DNA from: Eledone cirrhosa
Taxonomy: Eukaryota
NCBI GenBank assembly: GCA_964016885.1
Contig: OZ024747.1
Location: 29,574,001-29,638,000, forward strand
Length of the DNA: 64,000 nt
Direction: 5' to 3'
The translations under genes and the position numbers were made by a program. Numbering within the stretch: position 1 is the stretch's first letter; the number at the start of each line of letters is the position of its first letter. This document shows positions 1 to 9,900 of this stretch, one piece after another. The notes below the pieces were generated by a model, which was not told the origin of the DNA, did no database searches, and saw nothing but the letters and a program-made list of their open reading frames with translations.

Positions 1-1380
1 TCAAGGGGAGATAATTTCCAGCCCTCCAAGGGGCTATAATTTCCAGCCGTGCAAGGGGAGATAATTTCCAGCCGTCCAAGGGGAGATAATTTCCATCCTT
101 CCAAGGGGAGATAATTTCCAGCCGTCCAAGGGGAGATAATTTCCCGCCAGCCAAGGGAAGATAATTTTTTAAAAAATCAGGCGGAGATTGTAAAAAAAAT
201 CAGGGGGAGATAATTTGTAAAAAAATCAGGGGGAGATAATTTGTAAAAAAAAATCAGGGGGAGATAATTTGTAAAAAAAATCAGGGGGAGATAATTTGTA
301 AAAAAAATCAGGGGTAGATAATTTGTAAAAAAAATCAGGGGGAGATAATTTGTAAAAAAAATCAGGGGGAGATAATTTGTAAAAAAAATCAGGGGTAGAT
401 AATTTTCAGCCGTCCAAGGGGAGATAATTTCCATCCTTCCAAGGGGAGATAATTTCCAGCCGTCCAAGGGGAGATAATTTCCCGCCAGCCAAGGAGAGAT
501 AACATTTAAAAAAATCAGGCGGAGATAATTTGTAAAAAAATCAGGGGGAGATAATTTGTAAAAAAAATCAGGGGTAGATAATTTCCAGCCGTCCAAGGGG
601 AGATAATTTCCATCCTTCCAAGGGGAGATAATTTCCAGCCGTCCAAGGGGAGATAATTTCCCGCCAGCCAAGGAGAGATAATATTTAAAAAAATCAGGCG
701 GAGATAATTTGTAAAAAAAATCAGGGGGAGATAATTTGTAAAAAAATCAGGGGGAGATAATTTGTAAAAAAAAATCAGGGGGAGATAATTTGTAAAAAAA
801 AATCAGGGGGAGATAATTTGTAAAAAAAAATCAGGGGTAGATAATTTGTAAAAAAAAATCAGGGGGAGATAATTTGTAAAAAAAAAATCAGGGGGAGATA
901 ATTTGTAAAAAAATCAAGGGGAGATAATTTCCAGCCGTCCAAGGGGAGATAATTTTCAGCCGTCCAAGGAGAGGTAATTTCTAGCCGTCCAAGGGGAGAT
1001 AATTTCCAGCCGTCCAAGGGGAGATAATTTTTTAAAAAAAATCAGGCGGAGATAATTTGTAAACAAAAATCAGGGGGAGATAATTTGTAAAAAAAAATCA
1101 GGGGGAGATAATTTGTAAAAAAAAATCAGGGGGAGATAATTTGTAAAAAAAATCAAGGGGAGATAATTTGTAAAAAAAAATCAGGGGTAGATAATTTGTA
1201 AAAAAAAATCAGGGGGAGATAATTTGTAAAAAAAAAATCAGGGGGAGATAATTTGTAAAAAAATCAAGGGGAGATAATTTCCAGCCGTCCAAGGGGAGAT
1301 AATTTTCAGCCGTCCAAGGAGAGGTAATTTCTAGCCGTCCAAGGGGAGATAATTTCCAGCCAGCCAAGGGGAGATAATTT
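1..1380 (+). repeat. Main dimorphic satellite (A: TCAGGGGGAGATAATTTGT(A)7-10; B: CCAAGGGGAGATAATTTCCAGCCGT), block 1, open at the window's left edge
   Basis: Continuous head-to-tail 25-29-bp monomers sharing GGGGAGATAATTT, read directly; ends at GAGATAATTT (1371-1380). Confidence 0.98.
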
Positions 1381-3959
1381 TTTTATGGGGGGGGTCCGTT
1401 TTTTATTTGGGTACCCCGTTTTTTATTTGGGTGCCCCGTTTTTTTATGGGGGGGGTCCGTTTTTTATTTGGGTGTCCCGTTTTTTTATGGGGGGGGTCCG
1501 TTTTTTATTTGGGTGCCCCGTTTTTTTATGGGGGGGGTCCGTTTTTTATTTGGGTACCCCGTTTTTTATTTGGGTGCCCCGTTTTTTTATGGGGGGATCC
1601 GTTTTTTATTTGGGTGCCCCGTTTTTTATTTGGGTGTCCCGTTTTTTTATGGGGGGATCCGTTTTTTATTTGGGTGCCCCGTTCTTTATGGGGGGGGGTC
1701 CGTTTTTTATTTGGGTACCCCGTTTTTTATTTGGGTGCCCCGTTTTTTTATGGGGGGGGTCCGTTTTTTATTTGGGTGCCCCGTTTTTTTATGGGGGGGG
1801 TCCGTTTTTTATTTGGGTGCCCCGTTTTTTTATGGGGGGGGGGTCCCGTTTTTTATTTGGGTGCCCCGTTTTTTTATGGGGGGGGGTCCGTTTTTTATTT
1901 GGGTACCCCGTTTTTTATTTGGGTGCCCCGTTTTTTTATGGGGGGGGGGTCCGTTTTTTATTTGGGTGCCCCGTTTTTTATTTGGGTGCCCCGTTTTTTT
2001 ATGGGGGGGATCCGTTTTTTATTTGGGTGCCCCGTTTTATATTTGGGTGCCCCGTTTTTTATTTGGGTGCCCCGTTTTTTTATGGGGGGGTCCGTTTTTT
2101 ATCTGGGTACCCCGTTTTTTATTTGGGTACCCCGTTTTTTATTTGGGTGCCCCGTTTTTTTATGGGGGGGGGTCCGTTTTTTATTTGGGTGCCCCGTTTT
2201 TTTAATGGGGGGGGGTCCGTTTTTTATTTGGGTGCCCCGTTTTTTATTTGGGTACCCCGTTTTTTATTTGGGTGCCCCGTTTTTTATTTGGGTGCCCCGT
2301 TTTTTTATGGGGGAGTCCGTTTTTTATTTGGGTGCCCCGTTTTTTATTTGGGTACCCCGTTTTTCATTTGGGTGCCCCGTTTTTTTATGGGGGGGTCCGT
2401 TTTTTATTTGGGTGCCCCGTTTTTTTATGGGGGGGGGCCGTTTTTTATTTGGGTACCCCGTTTTTTATTTGGGTGCCCCGTTTTTTATTTGGGTACCCCG
2501 TTTTTTATTTGGGTGCCCCGTTTTTTTATGGGGGGGGGGGTCCGTTTTTTATTTGGGTGCCCCGTTTTTTTATGGGGGGGGTCCGTTTTTTATTTGGGTG
2601 CCCCGTTTTTTTATGGGGGGGTCCCGTTTTTTATTTGGGTGCCCCGTTTTTTTATGGGGGGGGGTCCGTTTTTTATTTGGGTACCCCGTTTTTTATTTGG
2701 GTGCCCCGTTTTTTTATGGGGGGGTCCGTTTTTTATTTGGGTGCCCCGTTTTTTTATGGGGGGGTCCGTTTTTTATCTGGGTACCCCGTTTTTTATTTGG
2801 GTACCCCGTTTTTTATTTGGGTGCCCCGTTTTTTTATGGGGGGGGGTCCGTTTTTTATTTGGGTGCCCCGACTTTTATTTGGGTGTCCCGTTTTTTTATG
2901 GGGGGGTCCCGTTTTTTATTTGGGTGCCCCGTTTTATATTTGGGTGCCCCGTTTTTTATTTGGGTGCCCCGTTTTTTTATGGGGGGGTCCGTTTTTTATC
3001 TGGGTACCCCGTTTTTTATTTGGGTACCCCGTTTTTTTATGGGGGGGTCCGTTTTTTATTTGGGTGCCCCGTTTTTTTATGGGGGGGTCCCGTTTTTTAT
3101 TTGGGTGCCCCGTTTTTTTATGGGGGGGGGTCCGTTTTTTATTTGGGTACCCCGTTTTTTATTTGGGTGCCCCGTTTTTTTATGGGGGGGTCCGTTTTTT
3201 ATTTGGGTGCCCCGTTTTTTATTTGGGTGCCCCGTTTTTTTATGGGGGGGATCCGTTTTTTATTTGGGTGCCCCGTTTTATATTTGGGTGCCCCGTTTTT
3301 TATTTGGGTGCCCCGTTTTTTTATGGGGGGGTCCGTTTTTTATCTGGGTACCCCGTTTTTTATTTGGGTACCCCGTTTTTTATTTGGGTGCCCCGTTTTT
3401 TTATGGGGGGGGGTCCGTTTTTTATTTGGGTGCCCCGTTTTTTTAATGGGGGGGGTCCGTTTTTTATTTGGGTGCCCCGTTTTTTATTTGGGTACCCCGT
3501 TTTTTATTTGGGTGCCCCGTTTTTTTCTGGGGGGGTCCCGTTTTTTATTTGGGTGCCCCGTTTTTATATGGGGGGGGGGTCCATTTTTTATTTGGGTACC
3601 CCGTTTTTTATTTGGGTGTCCCGTTTTTTTATGGGGGGATCCGTTTTTTATTTGGGTGCCCCGTTTTTTATGGGGGGGGGTCCGTTTTTTATTTGGGTAC
3701 CCCGTTTTTTATTTGGGTGCCCCGTTTTTTTATGGGGGGGGTCCGTTTTTTATTTGGGTGCCCCGTTTTTTTATGGGGGGGGGTCCGTTTTTTATTTGGG
3801 TGCCCCGTTTTTTTATGGGGGGGGTCCCGTTTTTTATTTGGGTGCCCCGTTTTTTTATGGGGGGGGTCCGTTTTTTATTTGGGTACCCCGTTTTTTATTT
3901 GGGTGCCCCGTTTTTTTATGGGGAGGGTCCGTTTTTTATTTGGGTGCCCCGTTTTTTTA
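1381..3959 (+). repeat. T/G-rich ~20-bp satellite island, copy 1 (units CGTTTTTTATTTGGGT[G/A]CCC and CGTTTTTTTAT(G)nTC; about 125 units by length estimate)
   Basis: Abrupt switch to a 20-22-bp periodic sequence with T6/T7 tracts, GGGTGCCC/GGGTACCC and long G runs; sharp boundaries on both sides. Confidence 0.97.
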
Positions 3960-3967
3960 CAAATTAT
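3952..3967 (-). other. 16-bp inverted fragment of the main satellite A monomer at the right junction of island 1
   Basis: TTTTTTTACAAATTAT is the exact reverse complement of ATAATTTGTAAAAAAA; one extra T (3968) follows, then the host array resumes at GAGATAACATTT (3969). Confidence 0.9.
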
Positions 3968-6900
3968 TGAGATAACATTTAAAAAAATCAGGCGGAGATA
4001 ATTTGTAAAAAAATCAGGGGGAGATAATTTGTAAAAAAATCAGGGGGAGATAATTTGTAAAAAAAATCAGGGGTAGATAATTTCCAGCCGTCCAAGGGGA
4101 GATAATTTCCATCCTTCCAAGGGGAGATAATTTCCAGCCGTCCGAGGGGAGATAATTTCCCGCCAGCCAAGGAGAGATAATATTTAAAAAAATCAGGCGG
4201 AGATAATTTGTAAAAAAAATCAGGGGGAGATAATTTGTAAAAAAATCAGGGGGAGATAATTTGTAAAAAAAAATCAGGGGAGATAATTTGTAAAAAAAAT
4301 CAGGGGGAGATGATTTGTAAAAAAAAATCAGGGGTAGATAATTTGTAAAAAAAAATCAGGGGGAGATAATTTGTAAAAAAAAAATCAGGGGGAGATAATT
4401 TGTAAAAAAATCAAGGGGAGATAATTTCCAGCCGTCCAAGGGGAGATAATTTTCAGCCGTCCAAGGAGGTAATTTCTAGCCGTCCAAGGGGAGATAATTT
4501 CCAGCCGTCCAAGGGGATATAATTTTTTTTTAAAAATCAGGCGGAGATAATTTGTAAACAAAAATCAGGGGGAGATAATTTGTAAAAAAAAATCAGGGGG
4601 AGATAATTTGTAAAAAAAAATCAGGGGGAGATAATTTGTAAAAAAAATCAAGGGGAGATAATTTCCAGCCGTCCAAGGGGAGGTAATATCTAGCCATCCA
4701 AGGGGAGATAATTTCCAGCCGTCCAAGGGGAGATAATTTCCAGCCGTCCAAGGGGAGATAATATCCAGCCGTCCAAGGAGACATATTTTCCAGCCGTCCA
4801 AGGAGAGGTAATTTCTAGCCGTCCAAGGGGAGATAAGTTCCAGCCTCCAAGGGGAGAAAATTTCCAGCCAGCCAAGGGGAGATAATTTGTAAAAAAATCA
4901 GGGGGAGATAATTTGTAAAAAAAAAATCAGGGGGAGATAATTTGTAAAAAAATCAGGGGGAGATAATTTGTAAAAAAAAAATCAGGGGGAGATAATTTGT
5001 AAAAAAAATCAGGGGGAGATAATTTGTAGAAAAAATCAGGGGTAGATAATTTGTAAAAAAAATCAGGGGGAGATAATTTGTAAAAAAAATCAGGGGGAGA
5101 TAATTTGTAAAAAAAATCAGGGGTAGATAATTTTCAGCCGTCCAAGGGGAGATAATTTCCATCCTTCCAAGGGGAGATAATTTCCAGCCGTCCAAGGGGA
5201 GATAATTTCCCGCCAGCCAAGGAGAGATAACATTTAAAAAAATCAGGCGGAGATAATTTGTAAAAAAAATCAGGGGGAGATAATTTGTAAAAAAATCAGG
5301 GGGAGATAATTTGTAAAAAAAATCAGGGGTAGATAATTTCCAGCCGTCCAAGGGGAGATAATTTCCATCCTTCCAAGGGGAGATAATTTCCAGCCGTCCA
5401 AGGGGAGATAATTTCCCGCCAGCCAAGGAGAGATAATATTTAAAAAAATCAGGCGGAGATAATTTGTAAAAAAAATCAGGGGGAGATAATTTGTAAAAAA
5501 ATCAGGGGGAGATAATTTGTAAAAAAAAATCAGGGGGAGATAATTTGTAAAAAAAATCAGGGGGAGATAATTTGTAAAAAAAATCAGGGGGAGATAATTT
5601 GTAAAAAAATCAGGGGGAGATAATTTGTAAAAAAAATCAGGGGTAGATAATTTCCAGCCGTCCAAGAGGAGATAATTTCCATCCTTCCAAGGGGAGATAA
5701 TTTCCAGCCGTCCAAGGGGAGATAATTTCCCGCCAGCCAAGGAGAGATAATATTTAAAAAATCAGGCGGAGATAATTTGTAAAAAAAATCAGGGGGAGAT
5801 AATTTGTAAAAAAATCAGGGGGAGATAATTTGTAAAAAAAAATCAGGGGGAGATAATTTTTAAAAAAAATCAGGGGGAGATAATTTGTAAAAAAAAATCA
5901 GGGGTAGATAATTTGTAAAAAAAAATCAGGGGGAGATAATTTGTAAAAAAAAAATCAGGGGGAGATAATTTGTAAAAAAATCAAGGGGAGATAATTTCCA
6001 GCCGTCCAAGGGGAGATAATTTTCAGCCGTCCAAGGAGAGGTAATTTCTAGCCGTCCAAGGGGAGATAATTTCCAGCCGTCCAAGGGGAGATAATTTTTT
6101 TAAAAAAATCAGGCGGAGATAATTTGTAAGCAAAAATCAGGGGGAGATAATTTGTAAAAAAAAATCAGGGGGAGATAATTTGTAAAAAAAAAATCAGGGG
6201 GTGATAATTTGTAAAAAAATCAAGGGGAGATAATTTCCAGCCGTCCAAGGGGAGATAATTTCCAGCCGTCCAAGGGGAGATAATATCCGGCCGTCCAAGG
6301 AGACATATTTTCCAGCCGTCCAAGGAGAGGTAATTTCTAGCCGTCCAAGGGGAGATAAGTTCCAGCCTCCAAGGGGAGATAATTTCCAGCCAGCCAAGGG
6401 GAGATAATTTGTAAAAAAATCAGGGGGAGATAATTTGTAAAAAAAAAATCAGGGGGAGATAATTTGTAAAAAAAAAATCAGGGGGTGATAATTTGTAAAA
6501 AAATCAAGGGGAGATAATTTCCAGCCGTCCAAGGGGAGATAATTTTCAGCCGTCCAAGGAGAGGTAATTTCTAGCCGTCCAAGGGGAGATAATTTCCAGC
6601 CAGCCAAGGGGAGATAATTTGTAAAAAAATCAGGGGTAGATAATTTGTAAAAAAAAATCAGGGGGAGATAATTTGTAAGAAAAATCAGGGGGAGATAATT
6701 TGTAAAAAAAATCAGGGGTAGATAATTTCCAGCCGTCCAAGGGGAGATAATTTCCATCCTTCCAAGGGGAGATAATTTCCAGCCGTCCAAGGGGAGATAA
6801 TTTCCCGCCAGCCAAGGAGAGATAACATTTAAAAAAATCAGGCGGAGATAATTTGTAAAAAAAATCAGGGGGAGATAATTTGTAAAAAAATCAGGGGGAG

Positions 6901-9900
6901 ATAATTTGTAAAAAAAAAATCAGGGGGAGATAATTTGTAAAAAAAATCAGGGGGAGATAATTTGTAAAAAAAATCAGGGGTAGATAATTTGTAAAAAAAA
7001 TCAGGGGGAGATAATTTGTAAAAAAAATCAGGGGGAGATAATTTGTAAAAAAAATCAAGGGGAGATAATTTCCAGCCCTCCAAGGGGCTATAATTTCCAG
7101 CCGTGCAAGGGGAGATAATTTCCAGCCGTCCAAGGGGAGATAATTTCCATCCTTCCAAGGGGAGATAATTTCCAGCCGTCCAAGGGGAGATAATTTCCCG
7201 CCAGCCAAGGGAAGATAATTTTTTAAAAAATCAGGCGGAGATTGTAAAAAAAATCAGGGGGAGATAATTTGTAAAAAAATCAGGGGGAGATAATTTGTAA
7301 AAAAAAAATCAGGGGGAGATAATTTGTAAAAAAAAATCAGGGGGAGATAATTTGTAAAAAAAATCAGGGGGAGATAATTTGTAAAAAAAATCAGGGGTAG
7401 ATAATTTGTAAAAAAAATCAGGGGGAGATAATTTGTAAAAAAAATCAGGGGGAGATAATTTGTAAAAAAAATCAGGGGTAGATAATTTTCAGCCGTCCAA
7501 GGGGAGATAATTTCCATCCTTCCAAGGGGAGATAATTTCCAGCCGTCCAAGGGGAGATAATTTCCCGCCAGCCAAGGAGAGATAACATTTAAAAAAATCA
7601 GGCGGAGATAATTTGTTAAAAAATCAGGGGGAGATAATTTGTAAAAAAAATCAGGGGTAGATAATTTTCAGCCGTCCAAGGGGAGATAATTTCCATCCTT
7701 CCAAGGGGAGATAATTTCCAGCCGTCCAAGGGGAGATAATTTCCCGCCAGCCAAGGAGAGATAACATTTAAAAAAATCAGGGGGAGATAATTTGTAAAAA
7801 AAAATCAGGGGGAGATAATTCGTAAAAAAAAATCAGGGGGAGATAATTTGTAAAAAAAAAATCAGGGGTAGATAATTTGTAAAAAAAAATCAGGGGGAGA
7901 TAATTTGTAAAAAAAAAATCAGGGGGAGATAATTTGTAAAAAAATCAAGGGGAGATAATTTCCAGCCGTCCAAGGGGAGATAATTTTCAGCCGTCCAAGG
8001 AGAGGTAATTTCTAGCCGTCCAAGGGGAGATAATTTCCAGCCGTCCAAGGGGAGATAATTTTTAAAAAAAAATCAGGCGGAGATAATTTGTAGAAAAAAT
8101 CAGGGGTAGATAATTTGTAAAAAAAATCAGGAGGAGATAATTTGTAAAAAAAATCAGGGGGAGATAATTTGTAAAAAAAATCAGGGGGAGATAATTTGTA
8201 AAAAAATCAGGGGGAGATAATTTGTAAAAAAAATCAGGGGTAGATAATTTCCAGCCGTCCAAGGGGAGATAATTTCCATCCTTCCAAGGGGAGATAATTT
8301 CCAGCCGTCCAAGGGGAGATAATTTCCCGCCAGCCAAGGAGAGATAATATTTAAAAAATCAGGCGGAGATAATTTGTAAAAAAAATCAGGGGGAGATAAT
8401 TTGTAAAAAAATCAGGGGGAGATAATTTGTAAAAAAAAATCAGGGGGAGATAATTTGTAAAAAAAATCAGGGGGAGATAATTTGTAAAAAAAAATCAGGG
8501 GTAGATAATTTGTAAAAAAAAATCAGGGGGAGATAATTTGTAAAAAAAAAATCAGGGGGAGATAATTTGTAAAAAAATCAAGGGGAGATAATTTCCAGCC
8601 GTCCAAGGGGAGATAATTTTCAGCCGTCCAAGGAGAGGTAATTTCTAGCCGTCCAAGGGGAGATAATTTCCAGCCGTCCAAGGGGAGATAATTTTTTTAA
8701 AAAAATCAGGCGGAGATAATTTGTAAGCAAAAATCAGGGGGAGATAATTTGTAAAAAAAAATCAGGGGGAGATAATTTGTAAAAAAAAAATCAGGGGGTG
8801 ATAATTTGTAAAAAAATCAAGGGGAGATAATTTCCAGCCGTCCAAGGGGAGATAATTTCCAGCCGTCCAAGGGGAGATAATATCCGGCCGTCCAAGGAGA
8901 CATATTTTCCAGCCGTCCAAGGAGAGGTAATTTCTAGCCGTCCAAGGGGAGATAAGTTCCAGCCTCCAAGGGGAGATAATTTCCAGCCAGCCAAGGGGAG
9001 ATAATTTGTAAAAAAATCAGGGGGAGATAATTTGTAAAAAAAAAATCAGGGGGAGATAATTTGTAAAAAAAAAATCAGGGGGTGATAATTTGTAAAAAAA
9101 TCAAGGGGAGATAATTTCCAGCCGTCCAAGGGGAGATAATTTTCAGCCGTCCAAGGAGAGGTAATTTCTAGCCGTCCAAGGGGAGATAATTTCCCGCCAG
9201 CCAAGGAGAGATAACATTTAAAAAAATCAGGCGGAGATAATTTGTAAAAAAAATCAGGGGGAGATAATTTGTAAAAAAATCAGGGGGAGATAATTTGTAA
9301 AAAAAAAATCAGGGGGAGATAATTTGTAAAAAAAATCAGGGGGAGATAATTTGTAAAAAAAATCAGGGGTAGATAATTTGTAAAAAAAATCAGGGGGAGA
9401 TAATTTGTAAAAAAAATCAGGGGGAGATAATTTGTAAAAAAAATCAGGGGTAGATAATTTCCAGCCGTCCAAGGGGAGATAATTTCCATCCTTCCAAGGG
9501 GAGATAATTTCCAGCCGTCCAAGGGGAGATAATTTCCCGCCAGCCAAGGAGAGATAACATTTAAAAAAATCAGGCGGAGATAATTTGTAAAAAAAATCAG
9601 GGGGAGATAATTTGTAAAAAAATCAGGGGGAGATAATTTGTAAAAAAAATCAGGGGTAGATAATTTCCAGCCGTCCAAGGGGAGATAATTTCCATCCTTC
9701 CAAGGGGAGATAATTTCCAGCCGTCCAAGGGGAGATAATTTCCCGCCAGCCAAGGAGAGATAATATTTAAAAAAATCAGGCGGAGATAATTTGTAAAAAA
9801 AATCAGGGGGAGATAATTTGTAAAAAAATCAGGGGGAGATAATTTGTAAAAAAAAATCAGGGGAGATAATTTGTAAAAAAAATCAGGGGGAGATAATTTG

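Larger units (their letters stand above)
1..7057 (+). repeat. Segmental duplication copy 1 (at least 7.06 kb, including island 1); partner is 31924-38979
   Basis: Constant offset of 31,923 (31,922 after a 1-G deletion near 38375) in markers and ORF track (177/32100, 1385/33308, 3988/35911, 6194/38117). Shared rare variants TCCGAGGGG (4141/36064) and GATGATTTG. Match ends at TCAAGG (7055) versus TCAGGGGTAG (38977). Confidence 0.9.

Noticed and set aside
1381-3959. Island as interstitial telomere or telomerase-added tract
   Set aside because: It is T/G-rich with variable G runs, but it matches no telomere repeat I recognise, contains CCCC on the same strand, and has internal duplications with shared variants typical of recombination. 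This cannot be fully excluded without seeing chromosome ends.
1374-3967. Island as a MITE or DNA transposon with ATAATTT/AAATTAT terminal inverted repeats
   Set aside because: The inverted repeat is only 7 bp of host satellite sequence. The empty site shows a ~198-bp deletion rather than a target-site duplication, and both copies share the same flanks (one insertion event).
1385-3970. 861-aa and overlapping plus-strand ORFs (also 33308-35893) rich in F, G, P, V, W, Y
   Set aside because: All three frames are open and give the same rotating peptides because the repeat lacks stop codons. Frame is not conserved between the two island copies (G-run indels), and there is no domain-like sequence.
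4681-4700. CG-to-CA variants (TAGCCATCC; island GTCCATTTT) as evidence of CpG methylation decay
   Set aside because: There are too few independent events and most CpGs are intact, so methylation cannot be inferred without counts or modified-base calls.
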